Positions 12,887 to 21,470 of a stretch of 64,000 nt of DNA are shown one piece after another. The DNA is taken from assembly GCA_965218795.1 (NCBI GenBank), contig OZ244653.1, positions 3,904,001 through 3,968,000 of the forward strand. Reading direction: 5' to 3'. Position numbers and translations under genes: made by a program. Within the stretch, counting starts at the first letter, position 1; each line of letters opens with the position of its first letter. The notes below the pieces were generated by a model. That model was given only the letters and a program-made list of their open reading frames with translations. It made no database searches and was not told where the DNA came from. Origin of the DNA: a bacterium (GTDB taxonomy: Bacteria; UBA8248; JACPRG01; G963555815).

Positions 12887-13588
12887 GGCCGCGCCCCTTC
12901 ACCGTGCGCGCAACCCCGGCCGCGAACAGCATTCGCTTGCTGGATTCGGGAATGGGCGGGGTGCGGTCGGAAGGTTGCGGGCGAGATGACAGCCGCGTTC
13001 AAGAGGCGTCGCCGGACCCGATGACGGGCATCGGATCGGTCGCTACAGTGGGATCGGAGATGGCGGAGCCGCGTGGTCCGCTGTCCCAGGGCGTCCGCTC
13101 GCCGTCCTGGAGGCGCATGGAAGCGAACTGCCGCCGCGGGCGGGCGCATCAGCAGCATCCCCGTCACGCCGGAGGCAGGTGTTGGACGCGGTGAAGGACG
13201 GCGTTTGAGATCACGCGGGCCTGCAAGGGTTTTCGGTCCAAGGCCGGGAAGGCGAAAATGAACCCGGCTTCCATTCCAGACGTAAGGCGTCATCAACCAA
13301 AAATTTGACCTGTACGACGCAGGTATCTTCCCGAGCAAATGGCACCTTATTATCCGGTCATTCCTGCCCCCGATTAAGACATTCGAGGGCAGGCTGCAGC
13401 AGGAGGAATCCATGAGGGGGGTGGCGCCACGCTCAGCCCCGTAGGCAGAGCGGTTCGGTCATTCCTGCGCCCGCCCGGCCCAGGTGCGTGAAGGACGAAC
13501 GACTCGGGCAACACTGGATTCCCGCCTCCGCGGGAATGACAGAACGGGGGGTCTGCGTGACTTTGTTCCGTCACTCCTGCCCCCCTGC

Positions 13589-13939
13589 CGAAACCATTCA
13601 GGGGCAGGCCCCCCGACGAAGACATTCGGGGACAGGTTGCAGCAGGAATGCATGCGGCATAACCGAGGCTGCGAGGGAAGAACGACTTCAGAGCCAAGGT
13701 CTCGCAAATCAAGGGCACGAGACAAACCCAAAGCCGAAAGGACCGCTGAATCAGGGAGCCACAGAGGGTTGGCCATTGTCGTCTTGCGCGGGTCCGAATC
13801 GACCTTGAGGGAAATGTCGTATGTGTTATGATTCGGGGGAGTTTTCGCTGCGAAGGTGATTCCAGGCCCGTGGATGGACGGTTGGATCACGAGGCGCAGG
13901 CATGGCGGGACCAACAACGAGGAGACGCATCATGAAATG
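13589..13939 (+). repeat. Copy 2 of the ~350-bp direct repeat, ending in the aapJ start
   Basis: Matches 11922-12282 and includes the same promoter-like box and RBS. Confidence 0.92.
13805..13832 (+). promoter_or_regulatory. Putative sigma70 promoter of aapJQMP
   Basis: TTGAGG-N16-TATGAT with an extended -10, about 100 bp upstream of the ATG. Confidence 0.55.
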
Positions 13940-14948
13940 CAAAACGATATTGGCCGTTGCGGCGCTCGTCGTAGCCTTTACGCTTCCGGCGTCAGCCGCC
14001 ACGCTGGATGACGTCAAGGCCAAGGGGCATGTCCAATGCGGCGTGAGTCAGGGCCTGCCGGGGTTTTCGAACCCCGACAAGGACGGTAACTGGATCGGGC
14101 TCGACGCCGATGTGTGTCGGGCCGTAGCCGCCGCGGTCTTCGGTGATGCGAACAAGGTGAAGTACAGCCCGCTGTCGGCGAAGGAGCGTTTCACCGCCTT
14201 GCAATCGGGCGAGATCGACATGCTGTCACGGAACACGACCTGGACGCTGACGCGTGACACCGCGCTCGGCCTGGATTTCGTGGGCGTCAACTTCTATGAC
14301 GGCCAGGGCTTCATGGTCCGAAAAGACATGGGGGTCAAGAGCGCCAAGCAGCTCGGAGGCGCCAGCGTTTGCACCGCCATCGGCACGACGACCGAGCTCA
14401 ACATGGCCGACTTCTTTCGCGCCAACAAGTTGAAGTACGAGCCGGTGACGTTCGAGAAAATGGACGAGGTGATAGCCGCCTACGACTCGGGCCGCTGCGA
14501 CGTGTTCACGACGGATCGTTCGGCCCTGGCGGCGCAGCGCGTGAAGCTGAAGAATCCCGCCGCGCACGTGATTCTTCCCGAGACGATCTCGAAGGAGCCT
14601 CTGGGACCCGTGGTCCGCCACGGCGACAACAAGTGGGCGGACATCGTCCGCTGGTCCCTCATCGTCATGATCGAGGCGGAGGAGGTGGGCGTCACGTCCA
14701 AGAACGTCGATGACATGCGCAAGACGGCGGCCAACCCGGTGGTGAAGCGGCTTCTCGGCACGGAAGGCGATATGGGCAAGAACCTGGGCCTTTCCAACGA
14801 CTGGTCCTACCACATCATCAAACAGGTGGGGAATTACAGCGAGTCCTACGAGCGCCACGTCGGCCCCAAGACCGCGATCGGCCTGGCGCGCGGTGTGAAC
14901 GAGCTTTGGATCAATGGCGGATTGATGTATCCGATGCCTGTCCGCTAG
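13932..14948 (+). CDS. aapJ: General L-amino acid ABC transporter substrate-binding protein
   Basis: CGVSQGLPGFS, ERFTALQSGEIDMLSRNTTWT, ISKEPLGPVVR and QVGNYSE. Confidence 0.92.
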   Translation: MKCKTILAVAALVVAFTLPASAATLDDVKAKGHVQCGVSQGLPGFSNPDKDGNWIGLDADVCRAVAAAVFGDANKVKYSPLSAKERFTALQSGEIDMLSRNTTWTLTRDTALGLDFVGVNFYDGQGFMVRKDMGVKSAKQLGGASVCTAIGTTTELNMADFFRANKLKYEPVTFEKMDEVIAAYDSGRCDVFTTDRSALAAQRVKLKNPAAHVILPETISKEPLGPVVRHGDNKWADIVRWSLIVMIEAEEVGVTSKNVDDMRKTAANPVVKRLLGTEGDMGKNLGLSNDWSYHIIKQVGNYSESYERHVGPKTAIGLARGVNELWINGGLMYPMPVR

Positions 14949-15041
14949 GACGGCACGGGCGCAGTCAAGCAGGGCATGTCCGGTTTGCGCCGGGCGTGCC
15001 CTGTTTCGTTTCGCAGGTGGAGTGGAGCCAGGCAGGGGGTC

Positions 15042-16232
15042 ATGACCGCTCGCAACGAAGCCGCCGCCGCGCCGGCGCGCACGTCGTTCTGGAACAACCC
15101 GCGGGTCCGTGCCCTGATCTTTCAGGCCCTCGTGATCGGCGGGATCATCGGATTCGGGGCCTACATCCTCAACAATACGCTCGCCAACATGGAAAGCCGG
15201 GGCATTGCCTCCGGCTTCGATTTCCTGACGAGGACGGCCGGTTTCGACATCGGCATGAAGCTTATCGAATACAACGAGGCGTCCTCTTACGGCCGCGCGT
15301 TCGTCGTGGCGCTTTTGAATACGCTGCTGGTGTCGGCCATCGGCATCGTTCTCGCCACGACTCTCGGGTTCGTCATCGGAATCGCGCGCCTCTCGAGCAA
15401 CTGGATCGTCGCGAAGCTGGCCGAGGTCTACATCGAGATCTTTCGCAACATCCCGTTGCTGCTGCAGATTTTCTTCTGGTATTTCGCGGTGCTGCGGACC
15501 CTGCCGTCGCCGAGCCGAAGCGTCGAATTCGCCGGCCTGTTCTTCCTCAACATCCGCGGGCTGTCCGCGCCCAGGCCGATCTTCGAGTCCGGCTTCTCCG
15601 CCATTCCGATCTGCTTCCTCGTCGGGGTGGTTGCGGTCGTTTTTATCGCCCGTTGGGCGAAACGTCGGCGCGAAGCAACGGGCCGGCAGTTTCATACCAT
15701 CGCTGTGTCGCTCGGCATTCTGATCGGGTTGCCCCTGCTTGCGGGGTGGGTGACGGACCTCCCCTTGTCATGGGACTATCCGGTCCTGGAGGGCTTTAAT
15801 TTCCGGGGCGGCCTGACGCTCATCCCCGAACTGGTCTCCATGGTGGTCGCCCTGACCGTCTACACGGCTTCCTTTATTGCCGAAGTCGTGCGCTCGGGCA
15901 TCCAGGCGGTCAGCCACGGACAAAAAGAGGCGGCCCGTTCCCTCGGCATGCGTCCCGGACACGCCCTGCGTCTCGTCGTCATCCCGCAGGCGTTGCAGCT
16001 CATCATACCGCCCCTCACCAGCCAATACCTGAACCTGACCAAGAACTCGTCGCTGGCCGCGGCGATCGCCTATCCCGATCTGGTTCTGGTATTCGCCGGC
16101 ACGGCGCTGATGCAGTCGGGGCAAGCCGTGGAGATCATCGCCATCACCATGGCCGTGTACCTCACGATCAGTCTGGTCATTTCGGCGATCATGAATTGGT
16201 ACAACAAGAAAACAGCGTTGGTGGAGCGTTAG
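15042..16232 (+). CDS. aapQ: Amino acid ABC transporter permease
   Basis: IASGFDFL, EIFRNIPLLLQ, EAA loop AEVVRSGIQAVSHGQKEAA, and QYLNLTKNSSLA. Confidence 0.9.
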   Translation: MTARNEAAAAPARTSFWNNPRVRALIFQALVIGGIIGFGAYILNNTLANMESRGIASGFDFLTRTAGFDIGMKLIEYNEASSYGRAFVVALLNTLLVSAIGIVLATTLGFVIGIARLSSNWIVAKLAEVYIEIFRNIPLLLQIFFWYFAVLRTLPSPSRSVEFAGLFFLNIRGLSAPRPIFESGFSAIPICFLVGVVAVVFIARWAKRRREATGRQFHTIAVSLGILIGLPLLAGWVTDLPLSWDYPVLEGFNFRGGLTLIPELVSMVVALTVYTASFIAEVVRSGIQAVSHGQKEAARSLGMRPGHALRLVVIPQALQLIIPPLTSQYLNLTKNSSLAAAIAYPDLVLVFAGTALMQSGQAVEIIAITMAVYLTISLVISAIMNWYNKKTALVER

Positions 16233-16235
16233 GCC

Positions 16236-17339
16236 ATGGCGGACGCAAAGACGACGTTCGTGCGGAGTCTCGATCTGCTGCCGCCCGTATCCACGGTGGG
16301 CGTGGTGGGGTGGTTGCGCCGGAACCTGTTCTCGACCTGGTACAACAGCGTCCTCACCGTCCTGTCCCTGTGGCTCGTCTGGGAAGCGGTGCCGCCCGTC
16401 ATCGCGTGGGCGCTGGTCAACGCGGACTGGACGGGCGCCACCCGTGACGCCTGCTCGCGCGAGGGGGCGTGCTGGGTGTTCATCAAGGAGTGGTTCGGCC
16501 AGTTGATATACGGCCGCTATCCGATCGATGAGCGCTGGCGCCTCAACCTCGGAGCCCTCATGCTCATCGTATGCGCGGGGACCCTGTTCTTCCCGCGGTT
16601 CCGGTACAAACCGTGGATGGCCGCGTTCCTGCTGGCCGGCTATCCGGTGATTGCGTTTTTCCTGTTCTCGGGCGACGCCTTCGGGCTGGAGTGGGTGGAG
16701 ACGCCCCTGTGGGGCGGCCTGTTCCTGACGCTGGTCATCGCAATCGTCGGATGCGTGCTGGCGCTGCCGATCGGCCTTTTGCTCGCCCTGGGCCGGCGCT
16801 CGGACATGCCGGTCGTGCGGGCCGTTTCCGTCGCCTTCATCGAGCTGTGGCGCGGCGTGCCCCTCATCACCGTCCTGTTCATGTCGTCGGTCATGTTCCC
16901 CTTGTTCTTGCCGGAGGGCCTGACGATCGATAAGCTGTTGCGCGCGTTGATCGCCGTGATGCTGTTCCAGGCGGCGTATCTTGCCGAGGTGATCCGCGGC
17001 GGACTGCAAGCCATTCCGAGGGGACAGTACGAGAGCGCCCAGTCGCTGGGCCTGCAGTACTGGAAGATAATGGTCCTCGTCATTCTTCCCCAGGCCCTCA
17101 AGCTGGTGATCCCGGGGATCGTGAACTCGTTCATCGCTTTGCTGAAGGACACGACCCTTGTGATGATCATCGGATTGTTCGACTTCTTCGGCATGATCCA
17201 GGCCGTCGGCACCAACCCCGACTGGCTGGGATTCGCGGTCGAGGGATACTTCTTCGCCGCTTTCGTTTTCTGGGTCCTCTGCTTCGGCATGTCACGCTAC
17301 AGTCAGCGCCTGGAGCGAAAGCTGCACACGGGTCACTGA
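16236..17339 (+). CDS. aapM: Amino acid ABC transporter permease
   Basis: WLRRNLFS, GACWVF, WGGLFLTL, RGVPLITVLFM and AEVIRGGLQAIPRGQYE. Confidence 0.9.
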   Translation: MADAKTTFVRSLDLLPPVSTVGVVGWLRRNLFSTWYNSVLTVLSLWLVWEAVPPVIAWALVNADWTGATRDACSREGACWVFIKEWFGQLIYGRYPIDERWRLNLGALMLIVCAGTLFFPRFRYKPWMAAFLLAGYPVIAFFLFSGDAFGLEWVETPLWGGLFLTLVIAIVGCVLALPIGLLLALGRRSDMPVVRAVSVAFIELWRGVPLITVLFMSSVMFPLFLPEGLTIDKLLRALIAVMLFQAAYLAEVIRGGLQAIPRGQYESAQSLGLQYWKIMVLVILPQALKLVIPGIVNSFIALLKDTTLVMIIGLFDFFGMIQAVGTNPDWLGFAVEGYFFAAFVFWVLCFGMSRYSQRLERKLHTGH

Positions 17340-17375
17340 GCGGACCGGCTCATCAACCCAAGGGGGGTCGCGGTC

Positions 17376-18152
17376 ATGAGTCATGCGCAGGCGGACACCG
17401 GCCAGGACGTGGACAACGACGCCGCCATTCAGATGATCGGCGTCCACAAATGGTTCGGCCAGTTCCACGCCCTCAAGGACATCCATCTTTCCGTCGCTTT
17501 CAAGGAGAAGATCGTCGTCTGCGGGCCTTCCGGCTCCGGCAAGTCGACCTTGATCCGATGCATCAACCGCCTCGAAGAGCATCAGCGCGGCCGAATCATC
17601 GTCGAAGGGACCGAGATGACGAACAACCTGAAAAATATCGAAGAGATTCGCCGCGAGGTCGGCATGGTGTTCCAACACTTCAACCTTTTCCCCCATCTCA
17701 CTGTTCTGGACAACCTCACGCTGGCGCCCATGTGGGTCCGCAAAATATCCAGGGCGGAGGCGGAGGAGACCGCCATGAAGTTTCTCACCCGGGTGAAGAT
17801 CCCCGAACAGGCGGCGAAGTTCCCCGGGCAGCTTTCGGGCGGTCAGCAGCAGCGTGTGGCGATCGCCCGGGAGCTCTGCATGAATCCCAAGATCATGCTG
17901 TTCGACGAGCCGACGTCGGCGCTCGATCCGGAGATGATCAAGGAAGTGGTGGACGTCATGGTGGACTTGGCGGAGGAAGGCATGACCATGCTCGTGGTGA
18001 CGCATGAAATGGGGTTTGCGAACCGGGTGGCCGACCGCGTCGTGTTCATGGACGAAGGAGAAATCGTCGAGCAGGCCGACCCCAAGACGTTTTTCAACAA
18101 TCCGCAGAACGAGCGGACCCAAATGTTCCTGAGCCAGATCCTGTCCCACTGA
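17376..18152 (+). CDS. aapP: Amino acid ABC transporter ATPase
   Basis: Walker A GPSGSGKS, signature LSGGQQQR, Walker [11 protein letters not shown]. Confidence 0.92.
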   Translation: MSHAQADTGQDVDNDAAIQMIGVHKWFGQFHALKDIHLSVAFKEKIVVCGPSGSGKSTLIRCINRLEEHQRGRIIVEGTEMTNNLKNIEEIRREVGMVFQHFNLFPHLTVLDNLTLAPMWVRKISRAEAEETAMKFLTRVKIPEQAAKFPGQLSGGQQQRVAIARELCMNPKIMLFDEPTSALDPEMIKEVVDVMVDLAEEGMTMLVVTHEMGFANRVADRVVFMDEGEIVEQADPKTFFNNPQNERTQMFLSQILSH

Positions 18153-18421
18153 GGCCGGCGCGGACGACCGGAGTCGAACGGGCTCCATCCGGTCAGTCGG
18201 CCCGCCTTTCGGATGAAGGTTCATCAAGCAAAATCCGCCGAGTCCGCTCAAGGGTTATCGTCCCCATGAAAACGGGAAGCCGCCCGGCGCGGCTTGTCGC
18301 TTCGAACCGGATGAGGTTTTGAAGGGCGCTCGCCCGGAAATCGTCCGCCATCTTTCCGGTATCGATAACCTGTTGAATAAAAATCAGTTACATAAAAGTA
18401 AGTTGAGCAAAAGGGAGAGCC

Positions 18422-18636
18422 ATGAAACTGCGCGACTATCCCGAAACCGACAGCCTGTATATCGAGCTCAAATCCGGGCCAGGTGTCGAGACGCGCGAAG
18501 TTGCGGGCGGGCTCAATGTCGACTCGACGCCGATGGAGAGGTTGTGGGCTTCGACATCGACCATGCTTCCAAGCGCCTCGACCTTTCCACGCTGGAGACG
18601 GAAGCGCTGCCCGTGCGCGCCTGCAAGGTCGGCTGA
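18422..18636 (+). pseudogene. DUF2283-like small protein, frameshifted
   Basis: MKLRDYPETDSLYIEL...GLNVD continues as LDADGEVVGFDIDHAS in another frame; one base is missing near 18523. Confidence 0.65.
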
Positions 18637-18744
18637 TCGGTGGCCGAAAATGTCCTCTCTGGGTTCTCCCGCCCTCCGTTTTACAAGTCGCCTTGTTGAA
18701 ACAGCCCGTTCAGGTCCGGACCCCCGAAAGTTGAACGAAAACCA

Positions 18745-18851
18745 TCCGGATTGGTTCGAAGGTCGAAGGCCGTAGTCTTCACGGCCTTCTGCTCGTCACC
18801 GGTCAGTTTGGCGAGGCTGTCGATGAAGGTGTCGGCGATGCGGAAGTCCGT
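18745..18851 (-). pseudogene. N-terminal relic of a defence-island UvrD-type helicase
   Basis: ACG (presumed mutated ATG) followed by DFRIADTFIDSLAKLTGDEQKAVKTTAFDL, which I recall as the N-terminus of a conserved UvrD-like helicase family. Similarity is lost after ~35 codons. Confidence 0.55.
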
Positions 18852-18857
18852 TAGGCG

Positions 18858-20054
18858 CTAGACGGACAATAGCCACTCATCGCCGGGCATGATACGCAGC
18901 ATGAATTCGTCGAACATCGGGACAGTGAACGCGGTGTCGCCGTGACTTGGACTCCAAATCATGCCTTTGTGGATCAGTTGATTGCGAGTGGGAGCCAGAG
19001 AGCTTACTTGGCGGTTCAATTGATTGGCAATATCACCAGAACGATGAGGCCCCGCGCCGAGTTGGGCCATCGCCCGCAGATATCTTTTCTCTGTGTGGGT
19101 CAGCCTGTCGAACCTGACCATAAAGAAACTCTGATCGAGGCCGGCGATGGCCTGCCGGGTGGCGACTTCAACACTGGAAACCGTGATGGGAGAACGCTCG
19201 GCAACATCCCATACATGCTTGCCCCATTCCTGTAGAAAGTAGGGATAGCATCGGGTTTGGGAAACGATGCCATCGAGAGCGAGAGGTTCTATCTCCACTC
19301 CTTCGTCTCTTGCGGGCTTGGCGATTGCGAGTTTGGCATCTTCAGACGACAGCGGTCCGATTTCAGGAAACTCAAAAAGTCGTTCGGCGTAAGATTTCGC
19401 TTTCCCCATGCGACCTCGTACCTGGGGTAGACCGGCCCCCAACATGACCACGGGGAGGCGCCGCTGAGATGTCCGGTGCAATGCGGTGATCAGGGCCGCC
19501 AGCTGATCCTCTTTCACATATTGAAGTTCGTCAACGAAAAGTGCCACACAGGTCGCATCCGCCTTGGCTGCAGCGCCGACGACTTCGAATAATTCCTGCA
19601 AGTCGATTTCCAAGTCACCGTTGTCTGCCAACCCCGGCTCAGGCTCGAAATCCAAACCGACCTCTATGTCCTGATACTTCACTTTCAGGGCTCCAACAAA
19701 CCCCGCGAGCCCTCTTAGAGCCCTTTGCGCCAGTTCCTTTGCCGCCTGCTTATGCGAAAGTTTCAACAAAGCAGTACGCAGTCGAGGTGCTAGAATGGAG
19801 GGAAGGGATCGGTTTTCAGGCGCTTCTATTCGTAGTGCGTAGATGCCGCTAGCCTCGGCTTTTTCCCGAATGAGGTCCAACAGCACGGTTTTGCCGACGC
19901 CCCGCAAGCCAACCATTATCATGCTCTTGGTGGGGCGCCCTATTTTGGTCCGCTCCAATGCGATTCGTGCGGATTCACGGATCTCGTCTCGGCCGGCTAG
20001 CTCGGGTGGCTGGGTGCCCGCTCCAGGCGCATATGGGTTGCGTATCGGGTCCAT
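18858..20054 (-). CDS. AAA_16-type P-loop ATPase with C-terminal winged helix
   Basis: NPYAPGAG..PPELAGR, Walker A GLRGVGKT, Walker B LFVDELQ, YPYFLQ, and a C-terminal HTH-like segment ending FTVPMF. Confidence 0.85.
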   Translation of the reverse strand: MDPIRNPYAPGAGTQPPELAGRDEIRESARIALERTKIGRPTKSMIMVGLRGVGKTVLLDLIREKAEASGIYALRIEAPENRSLPSILAPRLRTALLKLSHKQAAKELAQRALRGLAGFVGALKVKYQDIEVGLDFEPEPGLADNGDLEIDLQELFEVVGAAAKADATCVALFVDELQYVKEDQLAALITALHRTSQRRLPVVMLGAGLPQVRGRMGKAKSYAERLFEFPEIGPLSSEDAKLAIAKPARDEGVEIEPLALDGIVSQTRCYPYFLQEWGKHVWDVAERSPITVSSVEVATRQAIAGLDQSFFMVRFDRLTHTEKRYLRAMAQLGAGPHRSGDIANQLNRQVSSLAPTRNQLIHKGMIWSPSHGDTAFTVPMFDEFMLRIMPGDEWLLSV

Positions 20055-20066
20055 AGAATTAGTTTT

Positions 20067-20799
20067 GGGTCATGCCTAGCTAAGAGTCGATCTTTACTCC
20101 ATAATGCTATGTATGACAATGAAAAACAAGTATGCGAGGCGTTCAAGGATTTCCGAGGCCAAAGTCCGTGAAGCCGTTCGGTATTTCGCCGCAGCTCTCA
20201 CCGCTGTCCAGGCGGCCGAGTTGAGCGGATTGAACCGGAACACGGTGAACCGTCTATACCGCGCTCTGCGGGAACGCATCCTGCTAGCTTGTGAGGCGCA
20301 ACGCCCTGTGTTCGGTGTGGTCGAGGTAGACGAAAGTCTCTTCGGCGCTCGCCGCGTGAAGGGCAGGCGCGGGCGTGGAGCCTATGGCAAAACGACCGTC
20401 TTTGGTATCTTCGAACGTGAGGGACAGGTCTATACGGAGATCGTCTCGGATTGCTCAAAGCCCACACTGCAAGGGATCATCCGCGGCAAGGTGGACCTGA
20501 ACACCGTCGTCAACACGGACAACTGGCGTGGCTACAACGGCTTGGTCGAGCTCGGATACGGCCACTTCCGGGTCGACCATTGCTTTGATGAGTTCACTTG
20601 CGGTGCCGTCCACATCAACGGCATCGAAGGCTTCTGGGGACTGGCCAAGGTTCGGCTGGCAAAATTCAAGGGCCTGCCCAAACACACCTTCCACCTCCAT
20701 CTCAAAGAAACCGAGTGGCGCTACAATTATCGCCATTCCAACAAATACAAAACCCTGTTAACCTACCTGCGAGAAAATCACATCAGCTAGGCATGACCC
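20067..20799 (+). mobile_element. IS1595-family insertion sequence, apparently complete
   Basis: Perfect 15-bp TIRs GGGTCATGCCTAGCT / AGCTAGGCATGACCC. Flanks TTAGTTTT (20059-20066) and TTAGTTTA (20800-20807) form a near-perfect 8-bp target duplication. Confidence 0.9.
20104..20790 (+). CDS. IS1595-family DDE transposase
   Basis: VEVDES, KGRRGRGAYGK, NTDNWRGY, HINGIEGFW and HLKETEWRYN. The stop lies inside the right TIR. The true start may be ATG 20113 or 20119. Confidence 0.9.
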   Translation: MLCMTMKNKYARRSRISEAKVREAVRYFAAALTAVQAAELSGLNRNTVNRLYRALRERILLACEAQRPVFGVVEVDESLFGARRVKGRRGRGAYGKTTVFGIFEREGQVYTEIVSDCSKPTLQGIIRGKVDLNTVVNTDNWRGYNGLVELGYGHFRVDHCFDEFTCGAVHINGIEGFWGLAKVRLAKFKGLPKHTFHLHLKETEWRYNYRHSNKYKTLLTYLRENHIS

Positions 20800-21470
20800 T
20801 TAGTTTATACTAAAATTCGCCATCTTATAATTTTATTGTAAAATAGCTAATTTCACTATAATTGAAAAGTCTCGGCGGCGCTGAACCCGAAACACCTTCA
20901 TCACCTCATTCCCCAGGTGGTTGATCTCTTTCACGGCGACCCGGCCGGATTGCGGTTTGTCGAACGGGCGGACGGTATTTTTCAACCCAATGTGAAAATC
21001 TCCGATCCGGAAATTTCAGCGGAGGGCGAGCAGAGCTTGTTACCCCCGCGAAACATGCCCCCGAAGGTCTGAATCGGGGGGCGGGGGTCCACTGCGAAGT
21101 TGCACACAGGCCCCCGGCCCCTCTCCCGCCGGCCGGCACGGTGGCTCTCCAAGTAGCGCAGGACGCGAAGTTGCATACAGACCTCCAGTCCCTCTCTCGA
21201 TGCGCCCCTTTGTCCGGCCTGCCCCCATTTGGACTTGTTTACCCCATCATTCCTTTCCATATTTGTCACAACAACCGAGGGGCTCGAACATGGCGGACAA
21301 CGATCCACCCGGACCAAGCGGTTGAAAGAGATGAAGCGTGAGCAGCCTGGACGTGGGTAGGGGTTCGGTCGAGGAGTCGGGGATGATTTTGAAGAGTATG
21401 CCGCGTTTCTGGAACTCGACGTTACCCGAGAAGAAAGCAAGTGCCTGCACCCGTCGGGCTAGGCGTCGGC

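Noticed and set aside
13769-13787. TTGGCC...TTGC as a sigma54 promoter upstream of aapJ/msrA
   Set aside because: GG to GC spacing is 13 nt rather than the required 10.
18686-18710. GCCTTGTTGAAACAGCCC resembling an IS terminus
   Set aside because: No partner end or transposase is visible; too short to support a call.
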